The notes beneath the pieces are model-generated. The model ran no database searches, had not been told where the DNA came from, and saw nothing but the letters and a program-made list of their open reading frames with translations. The position numbers and the translations under genes are program-made. DNA of 53,183 nucleotides, the filler included, from Basidioascus undulatus (lineage: Eukaryota): NCBI GenBank assembly GCA_000826855.1. It is 3 parts of 3 records of this genome, joined end to end, with 100 filler letters (N's around TTAATTAATTAA, not from the genome) between each part and the next. Parts side by side here need not be neighbours in the genome. Positions count along the whole stretch, not along the records: positions 17,771 to 35,431 come from JTLS01000515.1; positions 35,532 to 53,183 come from JTLS01000516.1; 1 more part is not named here. One strand, 5' to 3'. How positions within the stretch are numbered: position 1 is the stretch's first letter; the number at the start of each line of letters is the position of its first letter. Of the stretch, positions 23,848 through 35,597 are shown in pieces.

Positions 23848-24362
23848 CTCAGCCGATTACGAATGGTGTACGTAAAAATGACTTTGTTGGATAATTCGAG
23901 GAGGATGAGACGAGAAAACAGGGCCAGGATTGTCGGTCGCGGGGCGGAGCGGCAGTGATGGTGAGAGGCAACCACCGAATCTGAGGTCTGCTGCTGAGGA
24001 GTCGAGAGTCGGCGCAATTACTTGCTTTCCCGGCTGACTGCGCCGAAGAAGTTTTGCACTTCAGATCATTTCCGGAATCATGAATACGATGTTCGTGCCA
24101 AGATTTACTGGACTGCAACAACCAATGCATGTTTTCTCTTGATTGGACGTAATCAGCCCTTAACCGCTTCCAGTTTGTCGCCATCTTGAGTCTTGTGGAC
24201 AGTGGCCGAACCGTAGCGGACTTGTAGTCAGCGTGTTCAGCTCAGGGGCTATGCCGTCGACCTCCCTCCCACACTTTATCATGCGGAACGCAGTCAATAC
24301 AAGGGGTAAAATCAAGTAAAGCACATGCAGCCCTTCTCCCTCAACCCGGTTCCTAGCGCAGG

Positions 24363-25586
24363 TCATGCATCGCCGTTCACCTTGGGCTTCGATGGAGTCC
24401 GCTCGACGCCCTGCATCGCCTGCTGCTCCTCTTCCTCCTCGTCCTCCTCGTCTTGCTCGATCTGTTCGTTGTTTCCACGTACTGTGTGTAAGCTGCGTAG
24501 TTCACGAAGGAAGAAAATATGGTGTAAGTACAAGCTCGGCAGCTTTTCGCATGGCCTCGGCTTCGTTCGAGCTGGTTGGCACGGCGTCAGCCTGGCGGGA
24601 TTCAAGCTCTCGGAACAAGAACGCACTAGTGCCTCCCCCTCATCTTCTTGAACTCCTGACGCTTCTTCTTGGCTGCGTATCCGGCCCATCTCATCAGCTT
24701 CCTTTCTTCCTGCATTCCCGCCCTTTCGCGACTCACTCTCCTCGTCCTCCAGCTCCTCGTCACTCTCAACCTCGCCGCCCGCACCCACGATCCTGCCCGG
24801 CGGTGCCTCAGCACGGACGCCCTCGCGCACGGGGCCGATCTCCTCGGGAGGGAGGGAGAACGACGCGGAGCGCGAGGACGGGCGGGAAGAGCCCGTCTCG
24901 CTCGGCGGACGCTCGGTAGAGTCTTGCCGGCGCGGAGGGGAGCGCGCGGTAGCTGTTGCGCGCGGGGGAACATATTGCCCATTGTCGCCCAGAGAGAAGC
25001 CGGGGATGTCTGGGCGCGTGTGTAGATGAGGGGCGTGAGATGTCATGGAAGATCAGGAGGTGAGACAAGGCGTACCTTCCAGGCCTTCTACCTCGTCGGC
25101 TGCGGTGCTCCTCCGTCAGCGCGCGTGTCGAGTCAGTGGACGCCCACAGTGTACAACGTACTCTCTGCGTTATACCGCACATAAGGCGTCTTTCTATCTC
25201 CCACAAAGCCAGCATCAGCTCCAACCGCCTTTCTCTGGCCTCGTCCACACTCACGGCTCCGTGATCTTCATCAAGCTATCCCTCTGGATCTCCGTCAGAG
25301 CGATATTGCTCTCATCCCACGTCAGGTTGCTGTGCAGGTCCCATCCCATGTCAGTCCCTCGCATGCCCTTCCCTCATGGGCTCTAGACGCACTGGCCCTG
25401 CGGGTGTTGTTGCTGGCCCTCCTCGCGCGGGGGCGCCGGCTGGTGGGTGCCGCTGTTCTTGAGGATGCCCTTTGGCTTGTTGAGCGGAGGGGTCATCGTG
25501 TCGGATGGCATTGGTATCTGTTTGGATAGGTTCGCTCTGAGATTGAGATGATGGTCGGTGGGAAAGGGATCGGCGTCGATGCTCAT
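24363..25586 (-). CDS. GLC8: Protein phosphatase 1 inhibitor-2 (IPP-2/Glc8), multi-exon
   Basis: KPKGILKN (SILK motif), LTWDESNIALTEIQRDSLMKITEP|KTPY, EFKKMRGRHY|..NEAEAM, and an acidic tail. Start is 25586 or 25511. Confidence 0.9.
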
Positions 25587-25904
25587 GGCGAGACGGGAGC
25601 TCGAGAGGCACGTGGGACACTCAGCATGCGAAAGCGGCGCGGCAAACAAGAAGGAAGGACTTGGAAGCGCATGCGACGCTCCAACGAAGCCGATGAATCT
25701 GTACACCACATCGCTGACGGTTGGTTTATCGAAAAAAAAAAACAGGAACACTGACTATTCCAACCAGATGGGCGTAAGCATACCAGGGAGCGCCAGAGGG
25801 ACTGCAAGAAGCTGAACGCTGCGCCGCGAGGTAGAGCTCCTTCGACGCGATGAAACAATCAAAATGCAGCTCTATTGTCCCCTCTGGCACCCCTTCTGTT
25901 CCAA

Positions 25905-27972
25905 TCACTGGTGACGATCCGGCGGTGTCCGACGCGACACCCTGCCCCTCTGCACCTTGGCCATCCGCCGCACTCCTCCTTCGCCGTTCGCCAGAAGCCA
26001 GAACAGCCCTGCCAACACCAGCAGCAGCACGGGAATCCCAACCCCCAAACCAAGTCCAAGGGGGACCGCAAGGTTTGTGCCTGACCCTGCGGACGTGGTC
26101 GACGACGACGGCTGGCTGGTCGCTGAGCTCGAGCTCGTAGTCACCGGGGGAGTCGGCCACGGCAGCCGCGGCTGTACGCAAACGAGGTAGTTTGCCGTGC
26201 CATTCTCAAATCCCGGTGAGACTGTGGAATTCAGCACGCGCGTTGAGTCGAGCAGGAGTGCAGTCGAGTTGGCGATGGGCGGCTGCGTGCAGTTGACCCC
26301 CGACAGCGAGGCGAACGACGCGGAGGGGTCGATCGTGTTGTCGCGGACTGTGAAATCCCGGACGCCGGAGATGGCCTGTAGGACAAAGCAGTCTTAGCAA
26401 CCTATGGAGCCGACGGAGGCTGCAGTTGAAACTTGCCACGCCGTATCCGAAACGGCCGTCCATGAGCGTATTGCCCTCGACTACGGCATCCTGTTGCGAG
26501 TCGTCAGCCCACGTCCTCCTGACAAGCGTACTCAAAAATTCGCACCCGCACGAAGACGTCTCCCTTCGAAACACCGAACCAAACGTTGTTCCCAACAGCC
26601 TGTCCTCCGCAAAGCAGCATCAGCAACTCGACTGCCACGATTCTGAAGCAACCCGCAACTTGAATACGCACAATGCCGACTTTCACGATTTGGGTATATC
26701 CGCCTTTAATGGTATTGTTGTACACGCGCGTCCCGCCGTAGTTGCCCTTCCACGGGCCATAGTCGACTAGGTCTGCGTTTGAAGACCCGTGAGCTTCGGG
26801 GATGCCAACGAAAGGAAGGCGATACGCACTGATACCGCCCAGGAGTGAATAGTTCTCTATAGATATGACGTTGTTATAAATATGACTCCCGGGTGAGTCG
26901 AAAATCACGATGCCTGTGGGAGAACCATGAGCGCCTCTTCGTCAGAGTTACGAGGGTACCAGGCGCACCGCCGTCTGTCGCGTCGTGGATCTTGTTGCCT
27001 AGTGGGCGTCGAGTCAGACGCATATTTGGTGGTAAGGAATAGGACAACGCTTACCCGTCACTGTCGAGTTTGCGCAAGCCAGGCTGATGCCGTCGCCCCA
27101 TTGCCCGTAGTTCCGACTCCCGGAAGCTGCATACGTACGAGTCAGCCGGACTGTCGCAGCAAGACCATTTTAAAGAGATAGCGGATACGCACGTCCAAGC
27201 TCGTTGGTCGTTATTTGGGCACCGGTACAATTGACGGCGCCCTCCATAACGTGCAGAGCTGAGCGTATGCGCGTGCGTCAAGTGCCGAAGCGAGGGTGTC
27301 AAGCGGTGCGAAGCTTACCCGTGAACCCCCGTGGATCGGAGGACTGCACATGGTCTACGACTTGCCCGGATACGGACCCCCCCATGGCCAGCAGACCTTC
27401 TCCGCCGGTCACAACTCCGAGGCCCTGTCACACTCGTTAACGTGTGAGACAGGCAAAAGCGGCAGAACTGAGGAGCGATAGAGCGCACTGCCCGGTTCCC
27501 GTCAACGCGGATGTTGCGTAACTTGACATTGTTACACTCCGTGCACCGGCCGTACACTGCGCTGGTAAGGTTGCCCGTGGGCTCGTTGACGATGCGTAGC
27601 AAGGCGCGGGTATCATCGGTCGGATAGCCTGGACATTCCTCCCAACTGTCAATGTCGTCTAGGCACGGTCGTGAGGTTCTCAAGCGTACCTTGCGTAGAA
27701 ATCTCCTGTCCCCTAGCGGTGAAAGCCACCGTGTCCGTCAAGTCGAACACGCTGCCGGGGCAAAGGGACGCGACGGCCCCTTCGCCCACGAGCAGAGCCT
27801 GAATATCGTCCACGCCTCCGCTCGACAGGCAATTCGAAGCCGTAGAAGCCGCGGCATCTACCGCTTCGGGCTCTGTCGCCGCGAGTACGGGCTTCAGGGC
27901 CAGACGCGGATGCGACGCCATGAGCTGATCGAGATACGGCGCGGGCGTCGATCGAGCGGAGACGGCGGCCAT
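25905..27972 (-). CDS. Right-handed beta-helix (pectin lyase-like fold) protein with Ser/Thr linker and C-terminal TM helix; N-terminus uncertain
   Basis: Spliced motifs LCPGSVF, GQEISTQGYPTDDTRA, LRNIRVDGNR, WGDGISLAC, DATDGGIVIFDSPGS, LLGGINLVDYGPW, and TM LAVPLGLGLGVGIPVLLLVLAGLFW. Confidence 0.75.
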
Positions 27973-29189
27973 GATCGGCCAGAGGAGCGCACAGCGTGCG
28001 CGTTAGCAGAGCGCAGACAAGAGCTGATGAGGGTGGTGAAGGGTGAACGTGAAGAGGCCGGCCATCATGCGATTTTTAGAGCAGTGCTTGGCTATCACCA
28101 AGCTCGAGCTAAATCAAGTGTGGGGTTGCACGCAGCTGTGCCTGCCCAGAAACTGTGAAATTGAACAGCTACAGAATCCTTTGCACCGCTGCTGACGTTA
28201 TCTCTGTGGGATAAGTGAAGTTATCCAGCCTCAGCGATGGAAGCGACAATGAGAGCAAGAGCTGTTTTCCAGAGTGTAGTTGATCCCGACCGGTCCCCGG
28301 CAGGATTACAAAGGTCTGAGACCACTACCTTTGCGAGATCTGATCCTGAAAGTTGCTCATGCGATCGTTGACTATAGACAGCAACTGAAATAGTTGGCAG
28401 TTGGCTGTAGAGCTTTTGAGGGTGCAGTCATTGCATTCCTGCACTCGAACGTCAGCACAGTGTGGAGCTGAACCGCAAGGTTTATGTAGGAGTTCTTGAA
28501 AATCTGTGATCATGAGAATTCCGGAGTAGAAAATTGATCTTACTGGAGAAAGAGAGCGAAACAGTCCCTGTCCTCGTTGACATTACTGCCGCGGCGATTA
28601 GACACCGACCTCGACAATGTTAACGGGCTCACTCACCTCACTGAGCCTCTTATGCACTGGCAAGAGAGCCCTGTTCAGTCTACTCTTAATTGTTCTGGTG
28701 CTGGGAGTGAAGTACTACTGCCAGAGAAAAGGAGAAGGCAGGAGGCGACAGGATTTGCAGCAGCAAGCTCAAAGCTCAAAGCTCAGCGTCCTTGGGACAT
28801 TGAATGTAACGCATTGCACAATAGGCCCCTTTTGGGAACTACGGAACATCAAGCTTTCAGCTCTATCGATCCAGATTTATCGATAGTCAAAAGACAAGAG
28901 CCTGATCCTTTGAGTCATCGGAGACTCGCCTTCCCATGGTCCTAAGGGCGCCCGTCACTCGGTGCGAATCCTTGCAGTCGAACCATGACCGCTGGTACAC
29001 AAACCCATCAAATGGGTCTCTTGTAATGGTACATCGATCGTAACGCTAACTGCCTATTGCTCGCACCCACCAGGCGCTGCAACACTCCTTCATTTCACAA
29101 TGAGGACAGCCGTGTTCGCGTGGGCTAGAACGTAAGTTGCGACACTGCCGAAAGAGTTCTTAGCATTCCATAATTCAGGTAATGTCAGG

Positions 29190-30145
29190 GGGCTGACATG
29201 CCTGCCCGGGCCAGTCAAGCGTTCCCAGGTCGAACGTTCGCGGTGTCCTGTTGGTGCGGCAATACCGAATGAAATCAGGTTTCTTAACTGAGAAGGAGGA
29301 AACGCACCAAGAACAATGAGTTGGGCCTTGTGGTACTCCGCGATCTACGGGATGGCGACATCATGGAAACTGTTCAGCATTGATCACCGCGAAGACAGAG
29401 ACGATGCAGACCTTGGGGAGTGCGATCTTCGCCTCACCATGAGTCACCTGAATCGTAGTGGAGGGCTTTCGACCCAAAGGCATCAGAAATGACGTATTAT
29501 TGCAAGATAAAGCATGAGCGCACCCCCAGACTCTTCAGTCTTCTCGCCTCCTTGCGCAGCGCCTCGACCGCCGCGTGCCGCCACTTGCGGAGGATCTCGC
29601 GGTCCTGCTCGACCTCGAACGCGTAGCCGATCTCCCAGAACATGGGCGTCTCGCACGCCGTTACGGGAAGGACGGTGACGAGGAAGACACTGTACAGGAA
29701 GGGAGCATTCAGAAGGGTGATGACGGGGGGGAGAGGCTGGACGAACTGGTCGGTCGGCTTCAGGTCGTTCTCAATGTAGCTATGAGAACCAAAGTCGGCC
29801 TTGCACATTGTGCGTGTTTTCGACGCAGACTTACTAGTTCAAAGCTTTCGTGGCCGTATCGTTCTGTCCAATTCTCCGAGTCAGCGAACCTTGAATTTGC
29901 ATGCAAAGCCCTCAGGCTCACCTGCTGGTCCCAGGCAATCAGCACCCTTCTGCCCTGGCGGACCTCGTGCCCGTGGGGGCCCTCTACAGTGTGGTGCTCC
30001 TCATTGGTCAGGTTCGACTGCTTGAGCTGCGGGGCGGTGGCGATGTTCTGAGGATCGAGTGTGAAGGTAGCTAAGTGGTGGGAGAGCGAGCTAGGGGAGG
30101 GCAGCGCACCTCTTTGCGGAGTTCGGCTATGGTGGTCAAGGACAT
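29190..30145 (-). pseudogene. Degraded multi-exon hypothetical gene
   Basis: Exon-like blocks with normal splice signals (MSLTTIAELRKE|, IAWDQQ|, FWEIGYAFEVEQDREILRKW), but a phase mismatch and a likely in-frame TAG (VAIP*IAEY). Confidence 0.45.
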
Positions 30146-30369
30146 GGTTGTTCTGTGACGAAATTTAATGAGGAGCTGGTGGCAAGCTCTGTATTTTATA
30201 TGCACATGACAGGACGGTGACCTTGAGTGAACGCCGAGGTTGTCGAAGACTTCGTGAGGTCAGATGCTTCCGCACTGTCCGCAGGGTGAAAGCGGGTTCC
30301 GCGAAGCCAGCGGAATTTACGGGAGTTTTGTCCAGAGTTTCCCGAGCGGTGCCAACGGAAAGTTAGAAT

Positions 30370-30410
30370 CAATTCAATAATGTAGTTATCCAATTCAATG
30401 ATGTAGTTAT
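30370..30410. repeat. 21-bp tandem duplication
   Basis: caattcaataatgtagttatc / caattcaatgatgtagttat. Confidence 0.8.
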
Positions 30411-31388
30411 ATAGAAGTTCATCCAGTTAGATGGGTGTTTTGATGGGGCAAAGCTGGGAGGATATTGCGGCTGCCGAGGCAAGAGTGTGAAGGGCGCTGG
30501 CGGCGGGACTCGCTGATGCATTTCCGCAACCAGTGCGGGTGACTGTTTACAGATTTATCTCCCTGGAAGATGAGATACTGGACCGCTTTTACCAGCACAG
30601 AACACTATGCGCATATGTTCAAGATAACTCAGACGCTGTTACCAGCAGTCTGAGCCAAAAGTACCCCCGCACGAAGGGTTTCCGTGCGACCTCCAGAGTC
30701 GATCTCCGCCCAGGCTGGGGGTATCATGTTGAACTTTTTATTTCTCTTCGTGTATCTCGTGAACCGGAAATACAGGGGTTTTTGATGTTCGAAACGGTGC
30801 TGTGGGTGGTTGACGTCTGACAGCGCTGACACTCACGTGCCTGCCCAAAAAAGTTCAGGGCGGTCCAGCGACAGTTTGCAGCGTTTCCATGCCTCTTTCC
30901 TGAGAATGCAATATCGCAAGCTCAGAGTATTTCCGTGAAAATGACCGGTCAATACCGGAAAAGTTCAAGTGTATTCGCGCAATGACTAGTCTGAGATTTA
31001 TATGAATGCGGAACGGTTAGCGCCCTTGCGCGCGCGGGCCCAAGTTCGGCCGCCCACACCTTCTCGCCCACCCTCACCATCCTCATCCTCATCCTCGCCG
31101 CCGCCGCCGATAACCCCCTCGACGTTATCTCCAACGGCGGCTCAGATACCCACACCGGTCATACCCTGTACGCCGCGCGAATTCGGGTCCTGCTGGAGGC
31201 CCTGCTGAACTCATACCGCGCCTCAGCCCCGGGCCACTCCCCTCGATGCCTTGCTCCCTGTCGCGCTCCTCTCGCCCTCCCTGACCCCGATCACTCCTTC
31301 AAGTTTCGCTGCTTCATCATAAAACTTCACTCTGACCAAACACTCTCAATTCCATCCATCTTCACTCCACCCGCCTCAGTTCGACTAA

Positions 31389-33752
31389 ATGACTATGACG
31401 GCGACGATGGCCCGTTTACCCCAGACCGCTAGGGCCGGGTGGGACGAGCAGATTGTGCCGGCGCTCAGACGACGTGAGTGCTGTTCCTTTACATTCTGTT
31501 GGGGTTTCTCGTGGGCTCCGTGGTTCGGGGAGCTTCTGTGGACGCGCTCTTCGCTCCGATGATCAGAGGAAGTCGGCGTGGTCAGGGGCGGCGGACAGGG
31601 CTGCCCTCGGTGGAGCAGCTCTGCACACACGCCTTGTTCGCAGCGCAGCGGATGCTGTTGAGATGTGTAGGAGGATACACTGTTCTCGGTGTCACCAAAT
31701 CTTTCGAGCAGGACCTCGGGTGCTTGAGCCATCGGCAGGCTATGGACCCTCACCCGCTCTGCTCAGGATGTTCCTGTCGGAGATACGACTGGCGGCCGTG
31801 GATTGCTCCTTGCAGCAGCCAGCTCTGTCGGCTTGACACATCCTCCTGCCCTGTGTGCAATGCTTCTTCCGGTGTGGTGCACGCCCAGCGCGTCCGCACC
31901 TCTTCGAATGTCTCATTCATAGCCGCACCTTTACATTTCCGCATTACACGCACTGCCACCTTGGGATCTCCAGCTGATGGTCTTTTCTACCTTTGCTCAT
32001 CCAGGCCTCGAGACCGAATCGACCGAGCTATCTCGGCGCATGTCGCAGAGCTTCTCCCCCTACACCCTCGCGGATGCCGAGCCTCTCCCCGTCGTCCAGT
32101 CCCGCCCGTCTCGCTCCGGCTCGCAATCTTCCATCCCGCGCTACGTCGGCGACACGCCGCCGCCCATCAGCCCGCCGGGCAGCGGCGGGTCGGACGAGGG
32201 CGGGTCGACCTCCGCGCGCGTCGGTGGGCTCCCCACGCCCGCAAGCTCGCGCGCCAACTCGCCCCTCGCCACGCGCGCAGGGAGTTCCCCGCCGCAGGCC
32301 AGCTCGCCTAAGCAGCGGCCAGGCACTGGCGCATCCGCGGGAAAGAAGGACGCGTTCGCCCCAGTTGCGCCGCTTAAGGCGAGCTTGTTCCATGAGAGCA
32401 TGCCGGAGGCGGCCGGCGTGGGCGACTCGTCCGAGTCGGAGGCGGACGACGCAGAGTACATGCGGCCTTCCCTCCCTTCTGCCCCCGTACATCGCCCGTT
32501 CCAGCAGCCGGCGATGGAACGGTCTACCTCCATCTCTTCATCCACCTCGACCACCCGCTTCCCCTCCACCACCGCCGAAGACGCCCCGTACCCCCCGCGC
32601 TCGGCGATCCCGACCCGCGTCCGCGCAAACACCAACGTTTCCCTCACGTCCTCAAAGCGCCTGTCGGGCGCAGAGGAGATGCTCGAGATCGCGACGAGCG
32701 GGCACCGCGACCTGCCGCGACCGAGCATCGACGGCGCCCAGCCCACCACGAGCATCTCCTCCTATACCCTATCCTCCGCCCCAGGAGGACGCACGCGGAA
32801 AGCCGTGGACGAGGACGAGGAAGACTTCGGACCTTCGCGCCCACGCAAAGGCGCGCCGTCCTCCGTCATGCCCAAGACCCAAACTCTCCCCTCGAACATC
32901 AACACCCGCGCAAACGGCGCACGCGCAAAGTCCACCGCCGGCCGCACATCCTCGGCCATTTCCCCCTCGACCTCCCCTCGCTCCTCCCCTGCGGCGCGCA
33001 AAACCCCCGGGTCGGCAGGGCGGAAACCTGCGGCGCGCAGCCCGCGCTCGACGGTGCGCTCGCGCGACCGCTCGCCGTCGCCCGACCTCCCCGGGCCCAT
33101 GGCGCCGTGGGCGCTCCCTCCCCCCAGCGCGCCCCCGCCCAGCGGCAACTGGGACGAGGTCGTCATCCCGACTGTGGCGCGCAAGCTCGAGCTGCAGAAG
33201 ATGGAGATGGAGGACCCGCGCTTGAGCCGCGTGGACGGGCTCATCAGCCACTGGGGGAAGGACGGGCGGCCAATACCCGGCGCGAGGGTGGAGGTCAGGG
33301 AGCGCCCACGCCGCACGGGTACGGGAGGCAGCTGGGAGTACTCGGAGGGCGATGGCGCGCCCCGGGAGGCCAACGAAGATCGCGAGGCGGAGGCACCGCG
33401 GCTGCCCCGCTCCGACTCGCTCGCCGCCCCAGCGAAATCGAACGACATCGAGCTCTCCCCCATCGCCCTGTCCGCCCAGCCCGAACCCTCTTCACCCCCT
33501 CCGCCGCAGCAGCAGCGCCCCAACCTCCAAGTCGACACGGAGTTGCGGACGAAGATGTCCGCGAAGGAGCTGCGTAAGAACCGGCCCCGGATCGAGGTCA
33601 CCAGCCCGAGCACGATCGACGGCGGCCTTGGGGGCTCGACCGTGCCGAAGGAGTGGAACGGCCACGGCGGCGCGGCCGACAAGGGCAAGAAGGGCAAGAA
33701 GGGCAAGGGCGCCGATGACGAGCAGGCGGGCTGCAGGTGCACCATCATGTAG
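31389..33752 (+). CDS. Disordered ~610-aa protein with polybasic tail and CaaX box; exons 31389-31473 and 32005-33752
   Basis: Exon 1 MTMTATMARLPQTARAGWDEQIVPALRR joins in frame to RLETESTELSRRMS via GTGAGT...GCTGAT...CCAG. Ends KGKKGKKGKGADDEQAGCRCTIM*. Confidence 0.82.
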
Positions 33753-35431
33753 AGGTGCGCGGGTTCTGCGCCGAGCCGCGGTCGCGCTTGCGCTGATAAC
33801 TCCTGCCTTGACAGACTCTCTGCTGTTTCTCCCCTTCCTCTCGGCTACCGTTCCGTTATACTCGAATCCTTCATGTCCTCTGTTCATCATCTTTCGATCA
33901 GGGCGCCTCTTCGCGCGCCCACATCTGTTCTTCCGCGACTCCGCCCGCCCACGGACGCTCACACACTCCCTTACCCGTCTCTGCCCTCCCTACATCTCTT
34001 CTTTGCAAGATCCGTTTCCCTCTTTCGTTTGTCTACTCGTCCTCATCACGCACGCTCGTCGTTGTATCAATATCTCCGTGTCCCAATCTGCTCATCCGCT
34101 TCGCAATTTCCTTCTTGGTACTCATCGCTCTCAGTCGTTTACCCTTTACCCTCACACAGCCTAGTTACCCGTCTCTCCTCTCGCTTCAATAACGTACGCT
34201 GCGCTTTTGTTCCTCTCCTTTTCGTCCGTATCCGCTTGACCTCGCTCGCCTTAGCTCGGTGATTCATTGTTGCCTGACATTTCTGAGCCTTTGAGGGGTG
34301 CAAGCGACATGTGCATGTCCGCAAAGGGGGAATGCAGCGGCAGCATCGAATAAAATTATGGTAAACTAGCGGGCAGCACCAGCCGCGATGACCAGGCAAA
34401 CGAGCGACAATAGTAGGGTATGGATTATCAAAGAACGTGTATGACCAAAGAGCGTGTGTAACCCAAAGAGTGTGAGACGGTGTATTGACCAGAGAGAAAA
34501 AGAAACCGTTTAAAACGATGCCGCGCTCAGCGACCCAGGCGAGGGTTGAAGCGGCTCAGCTTCACGCAGCGTTAAAGCTTATCGACCTTACCACGGTATT
34601 CTATATGGATTATTGGAGATGAAGCCATTGTGCTCGAACACACTTGAGAGGACGATTCAGACTGGTCCTGCCCCCCAACCTTGCGTCGTAGGCGATGCAT
34701 GGCTGCGAAAGAAAATCCTTTGTTATCCCCAGGTCAGGAATCCACTCACCCATGAAGACTCGGAAACTTGAAGGGACCGTATCAAACAAGCGATGGTCTG
34801 CATTTATCTACACGTCTATATGTAATGCTGAATGCACAGCACCCGGCTGGGCGGCAGAACTCACCACCGCGCGGAACCGTACACGTTGAAGTGGTGCCAA
34901 GTTACTAAGTGTAAATTTCAGCGCAGCATTCGAGACATGTGGTGAACTGGTTTCATCTGGTTTCATCTGTTCTTCACCAGCGACATCAAAAGCATAGTAT
35001 CGAGTCAGACGAGTTTGAAGACCTCCATGAAGCCCAGTTGATTCAAAGGTCAACGTTGTTTCGCAGCTTGTCGCATTGTGTAGTGTTTCAATAGGTAGGT
35101 AGGGATCACAGTCCAAGGCGGTTCCCAAACGTTAAGCCGTGTCATCGCCTTCCCATGCATGCTCTTCAGTGCGAATATATGCGCGTCAGTCAATCGAAGC
35201 CCGTAGCCAAACCCCAAACCCGGAAACGTAACGTAACAGCGAAAGAAAGTCGAAGGTGAAAAGTGAAAGGTGCAAGCTGGCAAGTGAATGGAAAGTGTAC
35301 TGTATGTGACCAGCGGAAAGACATGCGGCTGATCAAGAAGGCTCGGAAGACGAAAAGGGTACAGAGGTATGGGCTTGCATGGGAGGTCGAAGGTTGCATA
35401 ATTCGGATACTGAACGCGCGGTCTGATGTAT

Positions 35432-35531
35432 NNNNNNNNNNNNNNNNNNNNNNNNNNNNNNNNNNNNNNNNNNNNTTAATTAATTAANNNNNNNNNNNNN
35501 NNNNNNNNNNNNNNNNNNNNNNNNNNNNNNN
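35432..35531. other. Artificial contig spacer (44N-TTAATTAATTAA-44N)
   Basis: Same structure as the first spacer; linker at 35476-35487. Confidence 0.97.
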
Positions 35532-35597
35532 TATGACATTTGGGCTTTGCCTTTCGGCGACGGCAAAGACAAAACCCCCACTCCGCCCGGGCTCGCC

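Noticed and set aside
34430..34497. Degenerate 17-18 bp repeats (aaagagcgtgt...) as a CRISPR-like array
   Set aside because: Only 3-4 imperfect adjacent units with no spacers, in eukaryotic DNA.
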